64,000 nucleotides of DNA, taken from the NCBI GenBank assembly GCA_020348445.1, contig CP070751.1, positions 4,032,662 to 4,096,661 of the forward strand. The letters are read 5' to 3'. A program made the translations under genes and the position numbers. The notes under the pieces were generated by a model, which was not told the DNA's origin, made no database searches, and saw nothing but the letters and a program-made list of their open reading frames with translations. Positions 1-8,932 of this stretch are shown piece by piece. The first letter of the stretch is position 1, and each line of letters opens with the position of its first letter. This stretch comes from Thermoplasmata archaeon. GTDB taxonomy: Archaea > Thermoplasmatota > Thermoplasmata > GCA-020350865.

Positions 1-3000
1 ATCCACATTTTCTGCATTGTCAGCAGGTGATGTTATACTTATTTGTGGTGCAACATAGTCACCGGTAGTTGTGAATGACCAGGGATTGGGAACCATGCTT
101 GGATTAAGGTCATTTCCTGAGATATCCTTTGCACCTGTAATCTGGAATATATACATGGTTTTCTGTGCAAATTCATTATGTGAAAATGTAGCAATTTTAT
201 CATTATTGGTCCATGTTATGATCCAACCCAATGGGTCTGGAGAACATGCATATGTAACGGAGGTTGTATCCATCTGTTCATTGAAATATACTACTATAGC
301 TGCGGTAGTCGTATCATTTTCCGAACCGTCCGCAGGTGAGGTGGAGGTGATCTCGGGCCCTACAACATCTAAAGTAGTAAATGACCATGGATTTTGAACT
401 GGTCCGTCCACAAGATCGTTTCCGCCAATATCTTTTCCGCTTGTGATTTCAAATAAGTATGTAGTCTTACTACCAAAATCGTCATGTGTATATGTAGCTA
501 CAGAGTTCATATTGCTCCAAGATACATCCCACCCGCCAGGATTTGGTGAACACGTATATGATACGGTGGTGATATTCATAGGCTCACTGAACATTACCAC
601 TATGCTCTTATTCAAGGCAATATCGACATAATCATCTTCAGGCGACGTTAATATTATTGTGGGCTCCACAACATCTTTGGTTGTAAATGAGAATTGATAG
701 GGTTCTTTTAGTTGATTTCCCAGCACGTCTTTCGCATCTATCATGATATTGATTATGTAGATTGTTAAGGAACTTAGCGTAGATGATGGCTCGAAGGAAA
801 CAGTCATTTCTCCGTTACTCCAGCTGAAATTCGTTGGTGTAAGTCCGCCTGAAATTGTAATTGCATTTTCAGTTGCAGTAAGGTTCATTTTAATTGAGAA
901 GGTAATGGATATCAACGGTGTTACAGAGATATTCAAGTCCCCATCTTCTGGTGTTGTGTTTTCTACATGGGGTGCTGTGATGTTCGCGGGTTCTATTAGT
1001 GGGTACCAATCTTTACTGCCACCGCCTGGAACATCATACGGAATATCTCCAATACCGTCCTCATTTGCATCAAAACCTGTATAATCGTCCCACCAGTTGC
1101 CTTCTGCACTGTCATCCCAGTCGTTTAACTGAGTTGTGGAATCATGAGCGTTCTGGAGGTTGTTTTTAAAATTGTTATGATGCACTATGTTATCTACTGA
1201 GTCTGTGATGTTCATGCCAAGTTCGGGGTGGTCCATAATATCGTTACGAATAATGGTATTTATATTTGAGTTACCATTAACAAAGATACCTGTTTGGTTA
1301 TTTGAGGTAATGTTGTTATTCTGGATTTTGTTACTATGTGAAGAGTTTGTTATGTTGATAGCACTCCAATTGTTGTTGGCTATTTTATTATAGCTGATTG
1401 TACTGGAATTGGTGGAATCTAAGAGAACGCCGTCGTTGAGGTTATTGGAAATGTTGTTGATATAAACTATATGCGAGTCTATTCTCAATAATTTAATGCC
1501 GATTAAGTTGGAGAAGATCGTGTTTTTATATAGATGTGAGTTTTCCCATGATACAGAGGTGTTATCGGATTGTGCGTAAATCCCAGAACCATTGGTTTGC
1601 AGACTGATGGTATTCGAATATATGAAATTATCTTGAACATATAAGTTGCCGGTCCTGGAGTTGCCATACATATAAATGCCATTTTGGTCGTTTGAATAGA
1701 TTGTGTTGGAATATATATCATTGTATTGGAAATAGGCATATCTGTCTACTCTATCGGAATCAAAAAAAACATATATGTACAAGCCATTTTGATTGTTTGA
1801 ATGGATTATATTAGAATGGATATTATTATATTGAAGCTCAAGGACATACCAGCGAGTATGGATAAATAAATAGATACCATTTTGATCATTTGAATGAATA
1901 GTATTAGAATATATGTTATTATATTCAAAATAGGAACCGTCGACTCCATAGCAGTGAAAAAAAATACCGTTTTGGTTGTTGGAAAAAATAGTATTGGAAT
2001 ATATATTGTTGTATCGAAAATAAGAGCATTCATTTGGAATATAACTGGTGTTGAAAAAGATTCCATTTTGGGAGTTTGAATAGATAGTGTTATTAAAGAT
2101 GTTATTATATTGGAAATAATACCATTCCCACTCAGCTTTTAAGTTGAAATGAATGCCATTTTTATTGTTTGAATATATGGAGTTATTGTTTACTTTATTA
2201 TATGAAATATATAAAGTATAAGAGTAAGAGAAGACTTCGAAATAAATGCCATTTTGATTGTTAGAATTTATGGTATTATTGTGGATGCAATTGTATTGGA
2301 AATACGGGGAATAGGTATATTCTTCGGCGTAGGTGTTAAAATAAATACCATTTCTATTGTTTGAATATATTGTGTTAATGAAGATATTATTATATTGAAT
2401 ATATGAATGATGTCGGCAGTAACGATCAGCAAATGTTTTAAAATAAATGCCATTTTGAGTATTGGAATATATTTTATTGGAATATATATTATTGTATTGG
2501 AGATTCAATGTTGAATCTGTTGAATAAACATAGAAATAAATCCCATTATTTTCGTTCCCGGAAATTGTGCAATTTTGAATAGTGTTATTTTCTTGGATCT
2601 CACTCCCATTAAATATTATGCCATTTAATCCATTTTCGGAGATATTTGAATCGGTAATATTAACATAAGTTGCACCATAAAGTTCGATTCCATCTTCTGA
2701 GTTATTCCAGATTTCAGAGTTTTTGATTGTAATGTTAGATACAGAATCCCCCGAGTAAATTCCCGCGTTCCCTTTGTTTTTAGATATATTGCAATCCATA
2801 ATATCCACATATAATGAACCTTCTAGGTCAATACCTGATCCATCGTTATCTCGGATAATACAGTTTTCAATCCATTGATTCTCCGAAGCACAGCCTAAGT
2901 CAATCCCCGTGCCGTCGTTGCCAATGATTCGGGAATCTGCAATATTGTTGTTGCCATTACCATTAAAATCGATTCCATTGTCCTGATTTTCAAATACAGT

Positions 3001-3735
3001 TACATTTGTTATTTCTATATAGCTTGAATTCAAACCCAGTTCGATTCCACCCCCGGTATTTTTTGATACGTATGTGTTCATGATAGTATTATTACTCGAG
3101 GATCTCACGTAGATTCCAAAAGCCCGATTCTGGTTTACAAACGATTTATTTATAATGTTATATTCCGAGATCAGCAAGGTGATGCCATTGCTGTAGCTGG
3201 AGGTCACAGTTGTATTGTATATGATGTTACCTGATGTTTCTTTGAGGTAGATCCCATCGCCTGTATTGTTGGATATCTTGCAGTTCGAGATGCGGTTTTT
3301 TGTGTTTGCACACATGATGTACAGTGGGTAGTCACCAAATGAGATTTCGCAATAATCCATTATGTTGTTCGCTCCGTGAAGTCTGATTCGATGCCAGTCA
3401 CCCTTTGCAGGCACGCCTTGATTTGATGTGAACAGAATCGGTGATCCGGGTGTGCCCTGGGCAATGAGCGTGCCATTCACGATCAAGCTGTAAAGTCCAT
3501 CGAACTTCACCTCGACTCCCGGCTCTATGGTCAATGTGACTCCAGGCTCCACAGTCACATCTCCGGTGACGATAAATGGGCTATCAGTTTGATACCATAT
3601 CGTATTCAGGGTAATTGAGCCACTCACATAAGTCGGGCCAGGTGCTCTTGCTTGATTTGTTACCGCAAATAATCCTAAAAAACCACAAATTACGAGCAAT
3701 CCCACAATTCCAGTAGAGATTATTCTGTTCTTCAT
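1..3735 (-). CDS. Large secreted surface protein with parallel beta-helix (PbH1/NosD-like) repeats followed by Ig-like (Big_5/SbsA-like) domains; 3' end runs off the window
   Basis: Not in the ORF track, probably because it has no stop in the window. ATG at 3735 after a GGAGG RBS gives signal peptide MKNRIISTGIVGLLVICGFLGLFAV. Then repeated 'NxIYSNxxNGIYF' motifs, and 'DYVAPQISITSPADNAENVD' in the same frame at the window edge. Frame checked by hand at 3735-2400, 2460-2160 and 60-1. Confidence 0.85.
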   Translation of the reverse strand, partial: MKNRIISTGIVGLLVICGFLGLFAVTNQARAPGPTYVSGSITLNTIWYQTDSPFIVTGDVTVEPGVTLTIEPGVEVKFDGLYSLIVNGTLIAQGTPGSPILFTSNQGVPAKGDWHRIRLHGANNIMDYCEISFGDYPLYIMCANTKNRISNCKISNNTGDGIYLKETSGNIIYNTTVTSSYSNGITLLISEYNIINKSFVNQNRAFGIYVRSSSNNTIMNTYVSKNTGGGIELGLNSSYIEITNVTVFENQDNGIDFNGNGNNNIADSRIIGNDGTGIDLGCASENQWIENCIIRDNDGSGIDLEGSLYVDIMDCNISKNKGNAGIYSGDSVSNITIKNSEIWNNSEDGIELYGATYVNITDSNISENGLNGIIFNGSEIQENNTIQNCTISGNENNGIYFYVYSTDSTLNLQYNNIYSNKIYSNTQNGIYFKTFADRYCRHHSYIQYNNIFINTIYSNNRNGIYFNTYAEEYTYSPYFQYNCIHNNTINSNNQNGIYFEVFSYSYTLYISYNKVNNNSIYSNNKNGIHFNLKAEWEWYYFQYNNIFNNTIYSNSQNGIFFNTSYIPNECSYFRYNNIYSNTIFSNNQNGIFFHCYGVDGSYFEYNNIYSNTIHSNDQNGIYLFIHTRWYVLELQYNNIHSNIIHSNNQNGLYIYVFFDSDRVDRYAYFQYNDIYSNTIYSNDQNGIYMYGNSRTGNLYVQDNFIYSNTISLQTNGSGIYAQSDNTSVSWENSHLYKNTIFSNLIGIKLLRIDSHIVYINNISNNLNDGVLLDSTNSSTISYNKIANNNWSAINITNSSHSNKIQNNNITSNNQTGIFVNGNSNINTIIRNDIMDHPELGMNITDSVDNIVHHNNFKNNLQNAHDSTTQLNDWDDSAEGNWWDDYTGFDANEDGIGDIPYDVPGGGSKDWYPLIEPANITAPHVENTTPEDGDLNISVTPLISITFSIKMNLTATENAITISGGLTPTNFSWSNGEMTVSFEPSSTLSSLTIYIINIMIDAKDVLGNQLKEPYQFSFTTKDVVEPTIILTSPEDDYVDIALNKSIVVMFSEPMNITTVSYTCSPNPGGWDVSWSNMNSVATYTHDDFGSKTTYLFEITSGKDIGGNDLVDGPVQNPWSFTTLDVVGPEITSTSPADGSENDTTTAAIVVYFNEQMDTTSVTYACSPDPLGWIITWTNNDKIATFSHNEFAQKTMYIFQITGAKDISGNDLNPSMVPNPWSFTTTGDYVAPQISITSPADNAENVD

Positions 3736-3866
3736 ATAACCCCTCCTATCAATGAAGTGTGCATATGAATTATTGTATTATTGTATTTGAATATACTTGT
3801 ATCATATTTATAATTACTGAAAGATTTTTCGATAGAAATCGGATACCCAATGAATCTTATGTAAAA

Positions 3867-4412
3867 TCAAAGCATTTCCTTCAATATTTTCTTACTTAAT
3901 ATGTCAAAAGCAAAATTCACATTAAGTCCTGTTTTCGCTGAAGAGAGATAGGCTCCGGGGCTTTCATACCCGGCTGCAAAGCTCTTAATCTCATTTAATC
4001 CTATTTCTTGGAAATCCAAAAGATCGCTTTTATTTCCAAGAAACACTGTTGGGATCTCATCGTCACCACTTTGTACTCCATCTATCCACCCGTCTAAACC
4101 TGGTAACGTTTTCTCCCTTGTGTTGTCACATACCGCCACAATTCCCTGGACCCCTAAAAAATACGCTTTCTGAAGTAACTTACGAAAGTCTTGTTTTCCC
4201 ATGATATCCCATATATAAAGTTGGACATCGACGGGCTTTTTTGTTTTTGGGTGCTGAATTGTTATCTTTTTTGTTGTGACCTTTGTTCCTATTGTGCAAA
4301 TGTAGCTATCTGAATATTCATTAAAAACATATCTTCTTATTAAGCAAGTTTTTCCTACAGCCAGGTCACCTACTAGACAGATTTTGAATTTGAAAAGGTG
4401 GGCTTCTGACAT
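3867..4412 (-). CDS. Rab-like small GTPase (Ras superfamily)
   Basis: G1 GDLAVGKT, G2 TIG, G3 WDIMG, G4 NKSD, G5 SAK; 181 aa. Confidence 0.9.
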   Translation of the reverse strand: MSEAHLFKFKICLVGDLAVGKTCLIRRYVFNEYSDSYICTIGTKVTTKKITIQHPKTKKPVDVQLYIWDIMGKQDFRKLLQKAYFLGVQGIVAVCDNTREKTLPGLDGWIDGVQSGDDEIPTVFLGNKSDLLDFQEIGLNEIKSFAAGYESPGAYLSSAKTGLNVNFAFDILSKKILKEML

Positions 4413-4667
4413 AATTTCCCTTCGGCTAGTTCTTAATCTATAGGTAAGATTACAAAAATAAAACTTTTTTAGGACCCTATAAAGGTTGACCTGCGATTAT
4501 CCTAACTGATAATTTATCAATTTCAGCAACCAGCATATATAAAGTTAAATATGATAATATTATTACCCAATCAAAAAGTGCCAAGCGATGATATAAAACA
4601 GAGCATCCAGAATGTCCTTATAATGTTCGGTTAAAAATACGCTAAAAGCTACGGTAACTGTGGATTT

Positions 4668-5342
4668 ATGAACGAAAATATTCATCTTAGCAAGGATAAT
4701 CTTTGGCAAGAGAGAACTCCGATTTATTATGGGAAAAAGACAGAGCTAAAACTCTACTCGATTATTCGAAATGTGTATGATCGATTTCTCTACCCGGTCA
4801 GAAATAAATATCTCGCAGATTATCTCATTAATTTTGTTTCCCATGGAGACTCGTTACTCGACATCGGCTGTGCGGAAGGAACAATTCCATACCTGATGTC
4901 GCAGAAGAAGAAAATTGCGGTTCATGGGGTGGATGTGTATTTTAAAAGCAGACCCCTAATCCCTTCCAGCCGATATGATGGTTCCACTCTTCCCTTCGAA
5001 AACAAACAGTTCAACTACTCTATGGCTGTGGATGTTCTGCACCACTGTGAGGATATAAAGGCAACCCTACAAGAAATGATGAGGGTGTCTGGCGGTATTA
5101 TTATCAAGGATCATTATTATAAAAATGATTGGGACAGATTCCTCTTGAAGTTGTTTGATGTCTGCGCAAATAAACCCTACGGTGTAAATATCCAGTTTAA
5201 CTTTAAAAGATGGGAGCAGTGGGAAAAGATTTTTAATGAACTCGATTTGGATTATACTTATTTAGACAAGCAAATGGATTGCACAAGATTAGGTCCTATT
5301 AAGCATTTCTGCATCCTCTTGGAAGAAAATGGAAAGAAATGA
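4668..5342 (+). CDS. Class I SAM-dependent methyltransferase
   Basis: LLDIGCAEG motif I, 'GVDV', 'LPFENKQFNYSMAVDVLHH'. Confidence 0.85.
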   Translation: MNENIHLSKDNLWQERTPIYYGKKTELKLYSIIRNVYDRFLYPVRNKYLADYLINFVSHGDSLLDIGCAEGTIPYLMSQKKKIAVHGVDVYFKSRPLIPSSRYDGSTLPFENKQFNYSMAVDVLHHCEDIKATLQEMMRVSGGIIIKDHYYKNDWDRFLLKLFDVCANKPYGVNIQFNFKRWEQWEKIFNELDLDYTYLDKQMDCTRLGPIKHFCILLEENGKK

Positions 5343-5566
5343 GAATTAAAGAAGAATTGAATTGCACCTGGCAAATCCTGGATTTATACCTATGAATCAT
5401 TCCTATTTATTCTAAAATACACTAGAATTACCGATTTTGATTTTCACTCGTGATTATCATTAATAAAAAGAAATCCAAATTATCTGGGTGTATGGAACAT
5501 ATATTCTAAAATGATAATATTGTAAATACGTTTAAAATATATGAATAAGAATAGATAATTGTTACA

Positions 5567-8500
5567 ATGAGTCAGGAAGATTTTGATGATGATGATGATT
5601 TTGGCCTAGGAGCCTTACTCGAAGACGAAGACCTCTTCAAACCAAAGAGCGGAAAGGGTCATAAAATAGGTACAGAGGATTCAGATGCCGATTTGGCAAA
5701 AGAGAATCTCGAGCTAATTGCATTGAAAAAACAGCTCGAAATAGATCCTAAGAACGTTGATCTACTTATTAAGGGCGCCAATTTACTAAGGGGTACAAAA
5801 AAAATCGATGATGCTATAGATTACATTGATAGAGCACTGGAGGCAAATCCAAATCATGCAGAGGCTTTGAATATGAAGGGTCAGCTGCTTGTTGACTTGA
5901 ATTCAGCAAGTGAGGCTATACACTATTTCACCAAAGCGATCTATGCCAATCCTCAACTTGAAGCGGCTTGGTTAAACAAGGCCATCGTGTTGGAGCAAGA
6001 AGGTGCTGTAAATGAGGCGCTTTACAACCTGGATATGGTTTTAAAGATTAATCCTGATAATGCGAAAGCTAGAAACCTAAGGAGCTTGATTTTGGAGATC
6101 GAAGTTAGGCCAAAGCGGGCCTGGTTATTTGTTGGCACAGAGGAAACTTGGAACGAGAAGTTCAAAATAGGTGGATCTTGGGGAATGCATGAAAATGCAC
6201 TGGATATTGAGTCATTCCTAAATGTGGGAAAAGGAGATTTGATAATAGCTTTTAAAAGGAAACCCGTGAACATGATCTTCGCAGTTATGGAGGTTCGCAC
6301 CCCAATATACACTGACTTCTCAACTATGTGGCGTCATAGAATAGATATAGAACCAAGAATAAGGTTGAAAAAACCGATCTCCTTAAACGTACTCAAGAGA
6401 TCCCCTCAACTTGTTGAGATATGGAACTTTATAAGGAACCCTGATACGAAAAGGACGGTCTTTGAAATAGAGCCTGAGAGCTGGGAATTACTCAAAGAGT
6501 TGATATTTAGTTATAATTCCGATTTAAAAAAGGATGCTCTTGAGATGGAGATCAGGAGCAAAGACATGGCAATGATATATGACATGGATATAAATGCCAT
6601 TACAAACAAGGTATTTGTTCCACCCCGGGTGTTGAACGAGATTCAGACGCATTTAAAGAGCGGAAGGAACATAATCCTGTACGGACCTCCTGGATCTGGA
6701 AAAGAACAGCTTGCACAACTAATAGCAGAGCAAATCTGCGGTAAGAGATTTAAAAGCGAAGGTCATGATTTTACAAATTTCACGGCACAAATGGCCAATC
6801 CCCTTTGGAATGATGAGGATATCATGGGATTCTGGGAAAACCAAGGTGACAAAACCGTATTTCGCAAGGGGTTCGGCATTCAGGCCATTGAATTGTGCGA
6901 GGACTCCATCAGAAATTCCAATAGGCCCCATTATCTTATCATCAATAAAATGAACAAACTGGATCTGGATAGAGCTTTTAACAGGTTCTTGAATGTCGTT
7001 GGTGAAAAGGATACATCTGTGGCACTATCGCTCCACCGTGGTGAAACCCTCACCCTCAGAGTGCCGAAAGAATTCCGCATCATTGGGACGGCAGATTCAG
7101 ACGAATGGTCGATACCTGAGAATCTTCTTCCTCTCAGAGGTCAATTTTCATTTATCGAGGTTAGTGTACCAGAGAAATCACTTGAATATGAGGAGATTCC
7201 GTTTTTGGTGAGGGAGCGGTTGGTCTATCTTGGCACATTGAATCAAGATGATCTGTTAAAACAAGAATTCAAAGGTGCAGAAATCACCATGTCAAGGTTC
7301 GATAATGACCCTGATGGAGAAATACAAAAGGCATACGACAAGCTAATTGAATTCGTATCCAAGGACAAGTACCCTCCCAAGGGAACTGTTCTGCCAAGGG
7401 GTATTAGAACGTACAGGGCCATTGGTACAAGACTTCTTGTGGAAACCATGCTGTGTGTTGCAAATGCCCCCTATAGAATCAGCAAGGAAAAAGCCCTTGA
7501 GGATGCAATAATGTCCATTTTCCTACCCATTTTGGAAAAGATGGAAGCTGCCGAGCTTTACAATATAGAACTTAAGGCAAAAGAGGTGTTTGGCTTAAGA
7601 TCGAATGTGGTGGATATGATTACGGCTTTAATAAGCATGCAGAAAGGTCCTGGCGAATTGGAGGACGAGGACGGGATGAAGGTTGATGACTGGACAGATG
7701 AAGACGAGGATGAGGATGCTTATATATCAAATAAGGATGTTGAAGCCGTTGAGATAAATTATGATATCGATCTCACCCCAATATTTGATCACCTATCGAT
7801 TTCCAAGAAGACATTGGACCAAATACTGGTTAATCTTGAAAGTGGAAGAAATATAATCCTCTATGGAGCTCCAGGATGCGGCAAGACAAAGGTTGCTACA
7901 CTGCTTTTGGCGCTGATTTGTGGTAAAATGACCCTAAAGAATGGGCAGCAAAGACCCAACTTCACAATCGTCACTGCCAATGCCGAATGGGACAACTACG
8001 ATATAGTTGGAGGTGTTGCACCTAAGGTTGATGAATATACAAAGGAAATCTCATACGAGTTTCGGGATGGATGCGTTACCCAGGCGGTCAAGGATTGTTT
8101 AAGATCCCTTAAGAGGATAGGAAGACCCCATCACTTGATCATAGATGAGTTCAATCGCGCCAACATAGACGAGGCTTTTGGAAAGCTCTTTACGATTTTC
8201 GAGTACAGAGATACCCAGGCCTTGCTCACCTCCGAGGAAAACAGAGGCGACGCGCTCTATCTGCCCCGCCAATTTCGAGTCATTGGGACCATGAATGTGC
8301 AGGACAAGAACACGCTGTTCGATATAGGTCATGCCCTGATGAGAAGGTTCGCCTTTATCGAGGTTGGGCTGCCTGATAAGGAGGACGAGTTCTCTCGTAT
8401 GCCACATTTCGTGGAATTACGGGCCAAGGAGATGGGAATTATCTTAAAAGGGGATAAGACAGAAAAATCCCTGTTCAGAGGCGATCCCGAAGGAAAGGCG

Positions 8501-8839
8501 GATGCCGAGTACCGAAAACTCATGAAGTTCTTAGAGGAGGATCCAATGCCTGAGGAAGGAATTGAGACATCTGTTGGTGTCCGAACATACAGAAAGATCG
8601 GGACAGCCCAGGTCATAGACTGCGTGATTTGGTGCCTAAAGGCCGGCGGGGATTATTCAAAGGAAGATGCAATGCAGGACGCAATCGTGGCCAACATACT
8701 TCCCCAACTTGAAAACCTGGAAAAGGCACAGATATCGAATATGTACATCAGGGCTGTGGAGGTTTTTACTGAAAGATCAAAGGTGGCCCGGGCCTTGGAT
8801 CGAATGCTCAAGAGCACAACTTTGTCAGTTTTTAGTTAA
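5567..8839 (+). CDS. mcrB: McrB-like protein: acidic N-tail, TPR repeats, EVE (PUA-like) domain, degenerate AAA+ GTPase, acidic linker, intact AAA+ GTPase
   Basis: TPRs about aa 50-175; EVE-like segment about aa 183-315 (W..GD...F.......V...W..RI..EP...L..PI.L..LK). Domain 1: GPPGSGKE / IINKMNK / GTADSDE. Domain 2: GAPGCGKT / IIDEFNRA / GTMNVQD / ALMRRF. Confidence 0.85.
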   Translation: MSQEDFDDDDDFGLGALLEDEDLFKPKSGKGHKIGTEDSDADLAKENLELIALKKQLEIDPKNVDLLIKGANLLRGTKKIDDAIDYIDRALEANPNHAEALNMKGQLLVDLNSASEAIHYFTKAIYANPQLEAAWLNKAIVLEQEGAVNEALYNLDMVLKINPDNAKARNLRSLILEIEVRPKRAWLFVGTEETWNEKFKIGGSWGMHENALDIESFLNVGKGDLIIAFKRKPVNMIFAVMEVRTPIYTDFSTMWRHRIDIEPRIRLKKPISLNVLKRSPQLVEIWNFIRNPDTKRTVFEIEPESWELLKELIFSYNSDLKKDALEMEIRSKDMAMIYDMDINAITNKVFVPPRVLNEIQTHLKSGRNIILYGPPGSGKEQLAQLIAEQICGKRFKSEGHDFTNFTAQMANPLWNDEDIMGFWENQGDKTVFRKGFGIQAIELCEDSIRNSNRPHYLIINKMNKLDLDRAFNRFLNVVGEKDTSVALSLHRGETLTLRVPKEFRIIGTADSDEWSIPENLLPLRGQFSFIEVSVPEKSLEYEEIPFLVRERLVYLGTLNQDDLLKQEFKGAEITMSRFDNDPDGEIQKAYDKLIEFVSKDKYPPKGTVLPRGIRTYRAIGTRLLVETMLCVANAPYRISKEKALEDAIMSIFLPILEKMEAAELYNIELKAKEVFGLRSNVVDMITALISMQKGPGELEDEDGMKVDDWTDEDEDEDAYISNKDVEAVEINYDIDLTPIFDHLSISKKTLDQILVNLESGRNIILYGAPGCGKTKVATLLLALICGKMTLKNGQQRPNFTIVTANAEWDNYDIVGGVAPKVDEYTKEISYEFRDGCVTQAVKDCLRSLKRIGRPHHLIIDEFNRANIDEAFGKLFTIFEYRDTQALLTSEENRGDALYLPRQFRVIGTMNVQDKNTLFDIGHALMRRFAFIEVGLPDKEDEFSRMPHFVELRAKEMGIILKGDKTEKSLFRGDPEGKADAEYRKLMKFLEEDPMPEEGIETSVGVRTYRKIGTAQVIDCVIWCLKAGGDYSKEDAMQDAIVANILPQLENLEKAQISNMYIRAVEVFTERSKVARALDRMLKSTTLSVFS

Positions 8840-8932
8840 CGATCAAGGGAAGGGATTTAAATCGAATGTTATAATGTATCAATTCATGCACTGTCCTCGG
8901 GTAAACCCATTGAGAATGTTAAAGAAAACCAG

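Noticed and set aside
71-2810. Short ORFs listed in the track
   Set aside because: Shadow ORFs over the long minus-strand beta-helix gene.
4668-5342. Cognate DNA methyltransferase of the McrBC-like system
   Set aside because: No DPPY/NPPY or PC motif; it resembles a small-molecule or glycan methyltransferase.
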